Positions 45,353-55,403 of a stretch of 64,000 nucleotides of DNA are shown here, in pieces. Source of the DNA: a virus (Duplodnaviria; Caudoviricetes); IMG/VR virus record IMGVR_UViG_3300028833_000058; one strand, given 5' to 3'. The translations under genes were made by a program, and so were the position numbers. The notes beneath the pieces are model-generated. The model searched no databases and had not been told where the DNA came from. It worked only from the letters and a program-made list of their open reading frames with translations. Position 1 is the first letter of the stretch. Each line of letters starts with the position of its first letter.

Positions 45353-46645
45353 CTAGTTGTTATTTAGACACCATTTTAAAAAGTGTTCAACCCTCTTGTC
45401 TATTATGATATCTTTTTCTTTCAGCTCTTTGGATATAAGCATGTCCACAGCCTTTCTTGTTCTGCTTAAAGCGACATATAATTGACCAGGAGCAAATATA
45501 CCTCTATCTATATCCAATATAACTTTGTCTAATGTTTTAGATTGTGATTTATGTATTGTTGTAGCATACCCAAGTTGCAATGGATATTGTTTAAATGTAC
45601 CAACAGTTTCTTCAGTTATTTTCTTCGTTGCTTTATCGTAATTGTATTTAACAAGTTCCCAAGAGTCTTTAAGAACAAAGACTTCTTCACCACTTGTTGT
45701 GAGTTCAACTAGTATATAATAATCATTACATTCTGTTACTATTCCTGTATTACCATTTATCCATCTTTTATCTTTATCATTTCTAGTAAATATGACGAGT
45801 GCACCTTCTTTTAGTTTCAGTTGTTCTGGTGCAGGTGTGTCTTTTTGATTTTTAAAAGTTCCTTCTATTTCGGCTTCATAAATATGTTCTTCACCAGTTA
45901 ATTTATTTAACCTTAATTCATTTATCTTATCTGCTTTCTCTCTATATGGAGTAATCACTGTTGCATTTTCAAACCCTTTGCCGTGTGGTATATTATTAAA
46001 AAAATCTAAAGTAGATTTTAAATTTTCGCCATTTCTTATATTTCTTAAATTTTCAAGTAACTTAGAATCATCTTGACGATGTACTATTTTCAATTCACGA
46101 GTTTCGAAACCACCTTCTTTGTAAGCTTTAGAATCAAAGAAATACGGAGATTTAGAACCATAAAAATCGTAGAAAATTTCTTTTACATCAGAGGTCACAA
46201 TTGGTGGTAATTGAAGTAAATCACCAACAAGAACGACTTGTATCCCACCAAATGGCTTTTTCGATTTTTTAACTTCTTTTAGTACTACATCTATGCAGTC
46301 TAATAAATCTGGTCTAACCATTGATATTTCGTCAATAATTAGAATTTGTATATGTTTTAAAACAATATCGTTACTCTTTTCTCTTTTGTTGAGTATAGTG
46401 TTTGGGTCCAAAAAATTTTTTGGTTTAAATCTAAACAACGAATGTAAAGTACAACCTCCTACGTTCATTGCGGCAATTGCTGTCGGACAAGCTACAACAA
46501 CGTTTTTCTCACTATCGTGTCTAACCCAGTTTATTAGGGTTGATTTACCAGTTCCAGCTTGACCTTGTATAAATAAATTTTTCTTTTGCTTTGTTATAGC
46601 ATTAAAAATTTCAATTTGTTCTTCTGATTTAATTTCGTTTGACAC
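45353..46645 (-). CDS. PIF1/RecD-like SF1B helicase
   Basis: GQAGTGKS, PTAIAA, DEISMV, FGGIQ..GDLLQLPP, QYPLQLGYATTIHKSQ, GQLYVALSR. Confidence 0.92.
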   Translation of the reverse strand: MSNEIKSEEQIEIFNAITKQKKNLFIQGQAGTGKSTLINWVRHDSEKNVVVACPTAIAAMNVGGCTLHSLFRFKPKNFLDPNTILNKREKSNDIVLKHIQILIIDEISMVRPDLLDCIDVVLKEVKKSKKPFGGIQVVLVGDLLQLPPIVTSDVKEIFYDFYGSKSPYFFDSKAYKEGGFETRELKIVHRQDDSKLLENLRNIRNGENLKSTLDFFNNIPHGKGFENATVITPYREKADKINELRLNKLTGEEHIYEAEIEGTFKNQKDTPAPEQLKLKEGALVIFTRNDKDKRWINGNTGIVTECNDYYILVELTTSGEEVFVLKDSWELVKYNYDKATKKITEETVGTFKQYPLQLGYATTIHKSQSKTLDKVILDIDRGIFAPGQLYVALSRTRKAVDMLISKELKEKDIIIDKRVEHFLKWCLNNN

Positions 46646-46749
46646 TTGACTTATCCTTTCATAACTATTATTAATAAAACAAACATTTCAAAAAGTAAAG
46701 ATATTTTTTTAATTCTAATAGACATAAAAATAAAACCGAGGTTAGATTT

Positions 46750-47466
46750 ATGCTTAAAAATAACAACATACCAATAAACAGAACATGGAAATTATTAAAA
46801 GAAGAAAGAAAGATAGCCCATAAACTTTTGGTTAAGCAAAGTAAGAAAATTGACATAAATCCAATAGTCAACATGACATTATCTCAGTATTATAGTGTGA
46901 TAAAAGAAGGTATGTTAGCATTATGTGAAGAAAATGGTGACTTTATAGATATTTACGATACTGGAAGACCTTTGTTCAACATCTACACAAGTCCAGAAGA
47001 TTATGTGTTAAGAAGAATTATGGATGGTCGTTCTTTATTTCATTCTGACTATGGTGACCCGTATGGTGTTTTAAATGACATAGACCATAATGACCCTATT
47101 GCTTTTAAGGATTGGGTTTGTAATGCACATTGGGGTGGGCATCCGTTTGAAACTAGATTTGGTGACTTTGTGCCTTATTGTATTTACAACGATGGCTACA
47201 ATTTTAGTTCAAGAAGAAAAAAAGGCATGATTGAAAGGTTGGCCACAGATATTGAATACTCAGACAATTGGTTATTATTGTTTTCAACAGCACATAGAAA
47301 CGATGAGTATGCGATGAGATGCTTTATTCGTTTGAAAAAATTAGGTTACCCTGTAATATGGGCTGTTGACAACGAAAGAGATAGAAAAATGTTGACCAAG
47401 CAATATATGGTAGAAAAAGAAAAACAACCAGATTGGTGGGACATTACAGTAAGTGAAATTATATAA
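46750..47466 (+). CDS. hypothetical protein (WGGHPFE motif)
   Basis: GAGG RBS; long ORF. Confidence 0.7.
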   Translation: MLKNNNIPINRTWKLLKEERKIAHKLLVKQSKKIDINPIVNMTLSQYYSVIKEGMLALCEENGDFIDIYDTGRPLFNIYTSPEDYVLRRIMDGRSLFHSDYGDPYGVLNDIDHNDPIAFKDWVCNAHWGGHPFETRFGDFVPYCIYNDGYNFSSRRKKGMIERLATDIEYSDNWLLLFSTAHRNDEYAMRCFIRLKKLGYPVIWAVDNERDRKMLTKQYMVEKEKQPDWWDITVSEII

Positions 47467-47474
47467 ACGAAGGA

Positions 47475-47534
47475 AGAAGTGGGCCATTCATAACAACAAA
47501 GAAACAAAGGAAAAGATTTGAACAACCCACTTCT
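47475..47534. terminator. large-loop hairpin between convergent genes
   Basis: AGAAGTGGG/CCCACTTCT stem. Confidence 0.6.
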
Positions 47535-47539
47535 ATGGA

Positions 47540-48493
47540 CTACAATCTAACTTTTGGAGTAACAACCATCGCTCTAAGTAAGGTTCTCATTATAGCTGCT
47601 AAAAGTATAGCTACTGGTAAGAGGAAGAACCTTATGATATTTTTAAATATCCAGTAGATGACATAAAGTATGTCAAAGCATAATTTAGTTACAAACATGA
47701 ATGTAAGGAATATTGTCCAAAAAACAGTACCTATCAGGCTGTTTTTATATAACAAATAATGAAGACGTGTAAACCAATGCCATCCAAATTGTTTAGGACG
47801 ACTTGGTTTTAAGAAGAATAGGATTTGATTTATTGTCACAAAAGGTATTGCTAAAACGTGTACAAACAATGCACCTAACATAGCCAATATGTTTCTACGC
47901 CATATTCCACCGAAAGCATTTTCAAACCTATAATCACACCAATGGTTTAGTATAGTAAAAATCGATTCTTTATGTGGATTTTTATAATACATGTCTGTCT
48001 CAAAAGAGCAGTTATCACGTGTATTATTATTTACAGGACGACCACTTTGAAGCCTAATTATATCAGACATGCATTGGTTGATTTGCATTTGTGTCATGGT
48101 GTTAGCTATAGTGTTCAGTTTACCGACAATTTCTTCTGTTTCTAATTTTCTAATTTCGTTACAAATGAGAGTATTTAATTTCTCTATGTTATCAATAGAT
48201 TTATCATAGCTACTTTGTGTTCCATAAGAAGAAACATTTGCTCCCTCATAAACAGTTAACTCATTTCTTCTTTCTTCAGCTTCTGCTTGACTAATCATTG
48301 CGTCATATTCTTTTCTTTTCTTAGAATTGGAGAGAACATTGTACGCTTCTAAAATCTCTTTGAATATCTCTGTGTTATTTGGATTTATATCTGGATGATA
48401 CTGTTTTGCTAAAATTCGATACTGTTTCTTTATCTCCCTATCAGAAGCATTTCTAGAAACGTTTAACGTATCATAATAAGTTGTTATTGTCAT
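47540..48493 (-). CDS. J-domain (DnaJ-like) membrane protein
   Basis: [33 protein letters not shown]; C-terminal TM helices. Confidence 0.88.
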   Translation of the reverse strand: MTITTYYDTLNVSRNASDREIKKQYRILAKQYHPDINPNNTEIFKEILEAYNVLSNSKKRKEYDAMISQAEAEERRNELTVYEGANVSSYGTQSSYDKSIDNIEKLNTLICNEIRKLETEEIVGKLNTIANTMTQMQINQCMSDIIRLQSGRPVNNNTRDNCSFETDMYYKNPHKESIFTILNHWCDYRFENAFGGIWRRNILAMLGALFVHVLAIPFVTINQILFFLKPSRPKQFGWHWFTRLHYLLYKNSLIGTVFWTIFLTFMFVTKLCFDILYVIYWIFKNIIRFFLLPVAILLAAIMRTLLRAMVVTPKVRL

Positions 48494-48522
48494 AACTTTA
48501 CCCTTTCCTTTGTTGTAGCTTC

Positions 48523-48570
48523 ATTATACCACAAAATCAGGAGAAAGTAAAGTTGAATTTTACAATTAAT
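48523..48570 (-). promoter_or_regulatory. early promoter cassette
   Basis: ATTAATTGTAA-N8-TTTACT-N17-TATAAT. Confidence 0.8.
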
Positions 48571-49171
48571 TCATAAAGTGTCTCAATAGTTTTTTGTAGA
48601 ATTTTAAGTTTGAATTACGCCATTTTTCACACTGCTTACGTCTTTTTTGGTTATATTTACGAATTTCTTTATTTTCTTTATCTTTTTCTACATATTCTGG
48701 CTTTGGTTCAAGTCTATAGGCTTCTATATTTAACAAATCACTTCTAACTTTGTTGTATTTAATTTTGTTATATTCTTTGATTTTCCACTTTGCCTTCCAT
48801 TCTTTAGTGTCTTCCTCAACGATGTCTTTTAATGCCGATAAAACATTTAACAGATTACGACACACTTTGTCTTTTGTAGATTTTATAATTTCATCATACA
48901 TTTTAGTTCTGATGCCGTTTCTATCACATTGATTTATATATAAACTTTTGAAAAATGGTAACTCAAACCGTGAGATTTTTTCAACAAGATGGCCATTCAT
49001 AATGACTAACTCTACAATCGGTATAACTTCTAAAGCGAACTCTTTATCAATTGTTACATCAAAATATTTAGAAAGTTGCTTCATTTCTTCTTCAATCGAG
49101 TTCACGTCCTTTGGCTTGTTTGAGCAATTTCTTGTTTCTTTTTTCTTTGATAAGTTCTTTTTCATAATCAA
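48566..49171 (-). CDS. hypothetical basic protein
   Basis: ORF. Confidence 0.65.
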   Translation of the reverse strand: MIMKKNLSKKKETRNCSNKPKDVNSIEEEMKQLSKYFDVTIDKEFALEVIPIVELVIMNGHLVEKISRFELPFFKSLYINQCDRNGIRTKMYDEIIKSTKDKVCRNLLNVLSALKDIVEEDTKEWKAKWKIKEYNKIKYNKVRSDLLNIEAYRLEPKPEYVEKDKENKEIRKYNQKRRKQCEKWRNSNLKFYKKLLRHFMN

Positions 49172-49577
49172 CCCTCACTTTCTTTGAAATTTTGTCAGCT
49201 CTCTTGTTAAAATGAGATAAAACTGTTCCGTCTTGACAATGACCCTTAATATGGAACAACGTATAGCTACTGTATTCCATAAAATTTTGTATTTTCTTAA
49301 CCAAAGCTTCTTCACCTGGTCTATATCTATTTTCTCTTATAGCACCTATTGCATAGGTAGAATCTGTAAAGATGAATACTCTTTCATTTTCTTGGAGTAA
49401 CTCTTGTGTGTCATCTATAGCATATATTATCGCTAACAATTCTGCTGTATTGTTATCTATTTGGTCTATAACTATTCCATTTTTTTGAATTTCACCGTGT
49501 CGTTTATTCGTTGCTACATACCCTAATCCAGATATTCCACCTCGTGTACTGGCATCCGTATATATTCTCATAAACAA
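49092..49577 (-). CDS. rnhA: ribonuclease HI
   Basis: IYTDAS, NNTAELLA, FTDSTY, HIKGH, NKRADK. Confidence 0.88.
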   Translation of the reverse strand: MFMRIYTDASTRGGISGLGYVATNKRHGEIQKNGIVIDQIDNNTAELLAIIYAIDDTQELLQENERVFIFTDSTYAIGAIRENRYRPGEEALVKKIQNFMEYSSYTLFHIKGHCQDGTVLSHFNKRADKISKKVRVDYEKELIKEKRNKKLLKQAKGRELD

Positions 49578-49679
49578 CCTCCAAAAAAAGTAAATACAAC
49601 TAGCTCAACTGATAGAACTTTTAGATTTAATTCATAATTTACACAAAAAGATTTTAAAAAAGGTGTTCTTATAAATAGA

Positions 49680-49806
49680 GGTTAAGTCTTCTACCTGCAG
49701 TTACAAAATACACGGGATTTAATGAAACAAAAGAAGAAGTGATACAGTACTCAAAATCCACCTGCTTAAAAGACTACTGAGGTAATTCATATGAGTTACC
49801 TCTTTT
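49680..49806 (+). ncRNA. putative late structured small RNA
   Basis: GTTCTTATAAATA at 49665, closing stem AGTCTT/AAGACT, inner stem GGATTT/AAATCC, terminator 49779-49806. Confidence 0.5.
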
Positions 49807-51250
49807 ATTTTGATGCTGTGTCTTTTACAGTTTGTGGTACTGTATCCTTTATAGATTCTTGTGTCCAAGGCTCTCTTGATTCGAAATGGTTTTTATACAA
49901 ATTATGTTCCATGTAGATAATTGTTCCTGTTTTACCACTACGAGCTTTACCTACGTAGAATCTTGATAACCCTAATGCTTTTTCGTTTGGATTTTGGTTA
50001 AAGCTGATAAAGTTATGACATAAGTGAATTTTTGCAGCAGACTCCGCAACACTTGCAATGCTTACAACTTCATTACCAGTTATATTCCAAGCACTTCTAC
50101 CGACTTGTGAACCAGTAACAACAGGACATTCAAAAGTTATGGCAAGATTTTTACAATCGGAAGCAACATTGGCACCTGTCTCATAGATATTTGCGTTCTT
50201 AATTTTATCAACAGGCAACATTTTATCCATATAGTCTAAGATGATGATATCTGGCTTCCAATCTGTTATACCCTTATTCTTTTTAACATTGATTACTTTT
50301 TTAATAAAGTTATGTACTGTGTCTGCTGTTATGGCGTTTGGTTTATAAAACTTTACAATAACATTATCACTATTTTGATTTCTAAACTTTCTAAGAGATT
50401 CATTGAAACCTACTCTGTTTTCTTCTTTCATCAATTCACCTAAAGAATAACCAGTTACAGAAGTTAAAATGTTTTGCATTGTCTCTTCTTCTGTTAACTC
50501 AAGGCTTATGTAAATAACTCTTTTGTTTTGTTCTAAACATTTTTTAGTTAAGAAAGATAAAAACTTAGATTTACCACCGCCAGATGTAGCAGCAAAAAGT
50601 GTTAACGAATTTTTAACCAAACCACCACCTAATGCATCATCTAGCAATGGTATACCTGTTTTAATCATTTTTGTTGGGTCATAACTGTCTTTAATGGCAT
50701 CTAAAATTCTATTTCCATCTACTTCTTCACTTAAGTCGATACCTAAATTGGTTTCAGAACCTATTGACAATACTCTTTTAAAAGCTTCTATGGCTTCAGT
50801 GTAATTTCCTTGTCTAAAGCAACTGCCACCTCTCTCTAAAGCATTTTTCCATTCTATTTCACGAACGAAATTTACTGCTTGTTCTTTGAAATACTCCATG
50901 TCAGTAGATTCTTCAAGGTAACATATTTTTTCTATCTTATCAAGAATCGCATAATAGTCTTTTGAAGGTAGATTATACTTATTTACATAATCTTTAGCTT
51001 CATTCTCTAAAACTTCTTTAGTTGGAGTTTCTTTATATTTTTCGTAATAACGATGTATCCATGTACATATGGCTCTTAAAGTCTTGTTTTGAAAGTATTC
51101 TGCTTTTAGAATTTCGAGTCCGTCAAGTTTAGCCCATTCTGGTTCAAAAATCAAAAGACTTAAAATTTTTTCTTGTACCTGTAATTTAAATTCATTTTCG
51201 AAGCCGTATGAACCTTCTTCAGACATCCCACTCATATCTCCCACATTCAT
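49805..51250 (-). CDS. DnaB-like replicative helicase (T4 gp41-like)
   Basis: TGIPLLDDALGGG, ATSGGGKS, YISLE, IILDY, VVTGSQ, KARSG. Confidence 0.88.
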   Translation of the reverse strand: MNVGDMSGMSEEGSYGFENEFKLQVQEKILSLLIFEPEWAKLDGLEILKAEYFQNKTLRAICTWIHRYYEKYKETPTKEVLENEAKDYVNKYNLPSKDYYAILDKIEKICYLEESTDMEYFKEQAVNFVREIEWKNALERGGSCFRQGNYTEAIEAFKRVLSIGSETNLGIDLSEEVDGNRILDAIKDSYDPTKMIKTGIPLLDDALGGGLVKNSLTLFAATSGGGKSKFLSFLTKKCLEQNKRVIYISLELTEEETMQNILTSVTGYSLGELMKEENRVGFNESLRKFRNQNSDNVIVKFYKPNAITADTVHNFIKKVINVKKNKGITDWKPDIIILDYMDKMLPVDKIKNANIYETGANVASDCKNLAITFECPVVTGSQVGRSAWNITGNEVVSIASVAESAAKIHLCHNFISFNQNPNEKALGLSRFYVGKARSGKTGTIIYMEHNLYKNHFESREPWTQESIKDTVPQTVKDTASK

Positions 51251-51307
51251 TCTGTTATATAGAATATGTAAATTTACAAAATTGTAAAATCAATTATCAA
51301 ATTTTTC

Positions 51308-52876
51308 TTACAATTTTTTTAACTCGTTGTTTTTGTGACCAATTTCTTTTATCATTTCCATGAATTTGTATACATCGTCTATATTTTTAATACCAGAATC
51401 TTCTAATAATTCTTTTCTTTTCTCATATTGCTTTTGGAATATATGATGTCCACCTACGTCTTTAAAATCTATTATAAATGAAATGTTGTTAACAGCTTTT
51501 TTTCTGGAAGCACGACCAGACACTTGTAATATTTTAATCGGTGATTTTCCAGCACTGAATAAAATCGCTGCTTGGAATATTTCTATATCAACACCTTCGT
51601 CAAACACTTGTGATGCTAAAATAACATTATAACCGTTTAATAAAGCTTTTTTTACATCCTCTACATTACCTTTTCTTTCTTCTAATTTAAGTGTACCTCT
51701 AGTATTTTTCTTATATTCATATATCGTTTCGTTACCACAAATAAATAATGCTTTTACACCTTCTTCTGTTAATTGTTTTAGTAATTTTTGACCAGGTTTA
51801 ATATTATTAAAGGATACTAATGTTTTAATGTTATATTCATTTAAAAATTTTATCATCGCAAATCCAGCTGTGTTTCGATTCTTATTATTAAGAATGTTCG
51901 AACGGTATTGCATAAAGTAGTTGTCAGCAAGCCACGCTGGTATCTTACTTGGAATATTTTTATACCTTATAAAATAGCTATAAGGTTGAGCTATATTTTT
52001 GTCTGCTATCGTGTCTTTCATGTCATACTTAAAAGCAGGCTCACCTAATAAAGCTATGAGTGTATAATCTAATGGGTCTGAATAAGGCGATTTATATTCA
52101 CGGAAAGGGGTTGCTGTATACCCTACTACATGCTCTAACACATTTGGGTCCATGTAAAATAAGGGTTCAAAATTAGTAATAGACTGGAAATGCGAACACT
52201 CGTCTATACACCATAACTGAACCGTCTTTAAAAAATCTATATAATCTTGGTCTTGTCTATTCAATCTAACGTCTGAACTACTTGTATTTATTATAATTAT
52301 TCTTTTTGTATAATCTGGGTCTGCTGATTTGTTCCAACTTATGTCTGTTTCACCAAAAGAAATGAGTCTATCGTAAATTTGTTGAAGAATAAAATTATTT
52401 CCATTTGTTATGAGCACCCTTTTATTTTCTAATAATTCAACTAAAAGACACATAATCGAAGTTTTGCCACTTCCAGTTGAACTTTGTATTAAACTATTGA
52501 ATCTAAACAAAGAACTGTAAACAGCGTCAATCTGATAGTTTCTAACTTCATATTTCTCGTTTATTTTTGCTATCTCATTTGCTTTTTTATAAATATCTTC
52601 TTTAGTTATTTTATCAAACTCTCTAGGTTTATCAATAACCTCTACCATTAAAAACAATGATAGATACCGTGTTAAACCAGATGGGAATCTTATTGTTGTA
52701 TATCTTTCTAAATCAATTTCAATTTCACTTACAACTTGATAATACGTACCAACAGTTACTTTGCCAGTTTGGTAATCTTTATCTTCACGAGTCAAAAGTT
52801 TTTTTGCCATATCAATGACAGATTCCGATTCGTTTATGATATAATTCCAAAACGTGTTAGTATTTATTATCGGCAT
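51308..52876 (-). CDS. SF2 helicase, UvsW-like
   Basis: RNYQ, STGSGKT, IDECSH, GYTATP, FDEGVD, QVSGRASR. Confidence 0.88.
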   Translation of the reverse strand: MPIINTNTFWNYIINESESVIDMAKKLLTREDKDYQTGKVTVGTYYQVVSEIEIDLERYTTIRFPSGLTRYLSLFLMVEVIDKPREFDKITKEDIYKKANEIAKINEKYEVRNYQIDAVYSSLFRFNSLIQSSTGSGKTSIMCLLVELLENKRVLITNGNNFILQQIYDRLISFGETDISWNKSADPDYTKRIIIINTSSSDVRLNRQDQDYIDFLKTVQLWCIDECSHFQSITNFEPLFYMDPNVLEHVVGYTATPFREYKSPYSDPLDYTLIALLGEPAFKYDMKDTIADKNIAQPYSYFIRYKNIPSKIPAWLADNYFMQYRSNILNNKNRNTAGFAMIKFLNEYNIKTLVSFNNIKPGQKLLKQLTEEGVKALFICGNETIYEYKKNTRGTLKLEERKGNVEDVKKALLNGYNVILASQVFDEGVDIEIFQAAILFSAGKSPIKILQVSGRASRKKAVNNISFIIDFKDVGGHHIFQKQYEKRKELLEDSGIKNIDDVYKFMEMIKEIGHKNNELKKL

Positions 52877-52917
52877 ACTAAATCTTTCTTAAAAAATTTT
52901 TTATTTTTCCTTCATTT

Positions 52918-52935
52918 AGTAGTTCTAATAACTAA
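52918..52935 (+). promoter_or_regulatory. putative late promoter TAGTTCTAATAACTA
   Basis: Motif before + strand operon. Confidence 0.6.
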
Positions 52936-52955
52936 ACTAAAAAAAGGAGTTATAT

Positions 52956-53228
52956 ATGTTCAAGGGTCTTTTCTCTAAAAAGAAAACAAAATCTGTCGAA
53001 GTAGATTCGGAATTTGTCATCAATTTTCAAGATTTAACCTCTCAAGACATTATTGTTAAAACAAAACAAAGTGGAAATAAAGTCATTTTTTCACTTTCTA
53101 ACAAGAAAACTAAATTTGAGATGTTATTGGACGAAGAACAAGCAGTAATTTTGTCTATAATTTTACAAGATTTTGCTAAAAACAAGAATTTGAATAATAT
53201 TTACAAAACTTTAAACGAAGAAGGGTAA
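52956..53228 (+). CDS. hypothetical protein
   Basis: AAGGAG RBS. Confidence 0.75.
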   Translation: MFKGLFSKKKTKSVEVDSEFVINFQDLTSQDIIVKTKQSGNKVIFSLSNKKTKFEMLLDEEQAVILSIILQDFAKNKNLNNIYKTLNEEG

Positions 53229-53232
53229 TGAC

Positions 53233-53613
53233 ATGGAAAAAGAAAACATTAATAATAAAGCGTATGAACTTTCTGAAAAGATTGTAGCTGATGTCAACAC
53301 ATTCAACTCAGATTTTGTTACGGACACTGGTAAAATCGTTCCGTCTCAAGATATGGTTATGGCACTAAATACGATTATAGAAGAAGGCTTTGTACTTCAT
53401 AAATATGTTGTAGAAAATAAAATTTATGAAGGTAAGCCAGAGATAACTGTTGATGTTATTGAACTTGGAAAACAAATGCAGAATTTAGAAATGTCCGAAG
53501 AAAATTCTAAAAGACTCGACTTACAAAGTGCAATGAATACATGGGAAGCTTGTGAAGTCATTATTGCCAAACTGGCCTGTGATTTGTTAGATTTTAGGGA
53601 TGGGTTGAACTAA
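53233..53613 (+). CDS. hypothetical protein
   Basis: ORF in operon. Confidence 0.7.
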   Translation: MEKENINNKAYELSEKIVADVNTFNSDFVTDTGKIVPSQDMVMALNTIIEEGFVLHKYVVENKIYEGKPEITVDVIELGKQMQNLEMSEENSKRLDLQSAMNTWEACEVIIAKLACDLLDFRDGLN

Positions 53614-54101
53614 TGGTATACAAAAGAGAATCTAATCTAAGAAAAAATAACTTCGGTACTGTAAAGACTCGTGTAAAAGCAGCAAAGAAGAAAGAAACTG
53701 GTGGTATAGCAAGAGACCAAACTTTAACTGAAGCTGAATTACAAAAAGAGATTGTTAAAAGACTTCGTTGCTACCAAGATTTATTCATAATTTACAATGA
53801 CCCTGTGTCACCAGCGTTAAAATTCATATCTGATAATCAAAAAAGGATGGGGTTTATTCAATATAGTAAGTCAAGGGGCTGGGAAAAGGGTAGTACAGAC
53901 TTATTGATAATTTGGCATGGTAAACCAACTTTTCTTGAGCTTAAGCATGATAATAAAACAAAAGGTAAATTACGTCCAGAACAAGTTAGTTACAAAGAAC
54001 GTGTTTTGAAAGCTGGATATGAATGGCAATCTTGGAGAACGATTGACGAATGTGTAAATTGGATAAATCTCCAATTAGAGCTATACAAAATGGATAAATA
54101 A
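53613..54101 (+). CDS. VRR-NUC/PD-(D/E)xK nuclease (resolvase-like)
   Basis: EAELQKEI, GSTDLLI, FLELK, LRPEQ. Confidence 0.8.
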   Translation: MVYKRESNLRKNNFGTVKTRVKAAKKKETGGIARDQTLTEAELQKEIVKRLRCYQDLFIIYNDPVSPALKFISDNQKRMGFIQYSKSRGWEKGSTDLLIIWHGKPTFLELKHDNKTKGKLRPEQVSYKERVLKAGYEWQSWRTIDECVNWINLQLELYKMDK

Positions 54102-54105
54102 GACA

Positions 54106-54630
54106 ATGGTAAAGTATGCTGATTTAATTCGTGGTATGGAAAGAGTTACACCTGGAACAACGAGTAACCCTAATTTAAGTACACCACAATTTAGAGTATC
54201 ACAGCCAGATAAACCAGTATATTATGCAGGAACTAAAATAATTCGTTTTATTGCTCGTGTGCACTCTGATAGAATTGATAATAAAAAAGGTCCGAATTCA
54301 ACCTATAGAAGACCGACTTGGTACAATGTTGAAATAGATTTCAAAGATGTTACACCAGACACTGGCCTAAGTCCAGCTGAAATCCAACAAAAATATCTTC
54401 CAAGACCATCTTTGAGTAAAAATGATATAATGGTTAGATGTAATTGTATCACTTATAGGTTTCGTATGGACTTTGCAAACAGAAGAAACAGAGCTGCAGT
54501 AGGTTCTAGACCACCAGCATACCACAAGTTGACAAACAGACCTTATATAAACAATGATACACCAGCTATATGTAAACACGCTGTGGCGTATGTAAAATGG
54601 TTGTTGAAAAATGGTTTCATAACAGAATAG
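54106..54630 (+). CDS. SWIM-like zinc-finger phage protein
   Basis: VRCNC..ICKH. Confidence 0.7.
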   Translation: MVKYADLIRGMERVTPGTTSNPNLSTPQFRVSQPDKPVYYAGTKIIRFIARVHSDRIDNKKGPNSTYRRPTWYNVEIDFKDVTPDTGLSPAEIQQKYLPRPSLSKNDIMVRCNCITYRFRMDFANRRNRAAVGSRPPAYHKLTNRPYINNDTPAICKHAVAYVKWLLKNGFITE

Positions 54631-54637
54631 GTGACAA

Positions 54638-55396
54638 ATGTTACTAGGTATAATAAGATACGCTGTTCCAAACGCTTTCATGAACACAAATAAGTCAAGA
54701 AATGTTGTTCAATTATACGAAGAACCATATTTTTCAGATAGGTTTAACATTTTTAAGAACATAACGTTAAAGAGTTTTGAAAATCAGACTAACAAAGATT
54801 TTATATTGTTGGTATATCACACTAATTTAATTCCTGCTGACAAAAAGAGATTATTTGATGAATTAGAAGAAAAATACGGCTTTATGAGGAATGTGTATAT
54901 CAATGATACTAATTTAATAATCCCAGAAGATTTAAAAACAAACCCTTTATTTACATTTAGAATTGACAATGACGATGGAATTGCTTCAGATTTTATAAAT
55001 AAGCTCAAATCTGTTGAAAATCTTGATATGTCAGACGTTGCAATTACAATCCAACACATGCACAGAATCTGTAGAATAGGTGAAAACGAATATAAGATTA
55101 TTTCTTTAGATTATGTTTCAAACTCAATTGGGTTAGCGTATTTATCAAACGAAAGTAAGACAGTTATAGAATTAGGAGACCATTCTAGGGTAGCAAAAAC
55201 CTTTAATACAATCCGTTTAGACGGAAACGGTGGGCTACAAACAATAAATAATTATAACGTTGCTAATAAATTTAAACGCAATGCGGATAGAAATAGGTCA
55301 GAAGAATATATTTTTAATCAAGAGGAAGCAAAACAATTTTTAATTAAAGAAAATTATGGTGAGTTAGACATAACCTGTCTTCCTATCATGAAATGA
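54638..55396 (+). CDS. putative rhamnosyl/glycosyltransferase
   Basis: RF..F..ITLKSFENQTNKDF, RIDNDD. Confidence 0.72.
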   Translation: MLLGIIRYAVPNAFMNTNKSRNVVQLYEEPYFSDRFNIFKNITLKSFENQTNKDFILLVYHTNLIPADKKRLFDELEEKYGFMRNVYINDTNLIIPEDLKTNPLFTFRIDNDDGIASDFINKLKSVENLDMSDVAITIQHMHRICRIGENEYKIISLDYVSNSIGLAYLSNESKTVIELGDHSRVAKTFNTIRLDGNGGLQTINNYNVANKFKRNADRNRSEEYIFNQEEAKQFLIKENYGELDITCLPIMK

Positions 55397-55403
55397 GGTA
55401 AAC

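Noticed and set aside
51251-51290. Late promoter for the replicative helicase (TTCTATATAACAGA, identical to 11565-11578)
   Set aside because: Overlaps an equally plausible sigma70-type TTTACA..TATTCT promoter, so the class cannot be assigned
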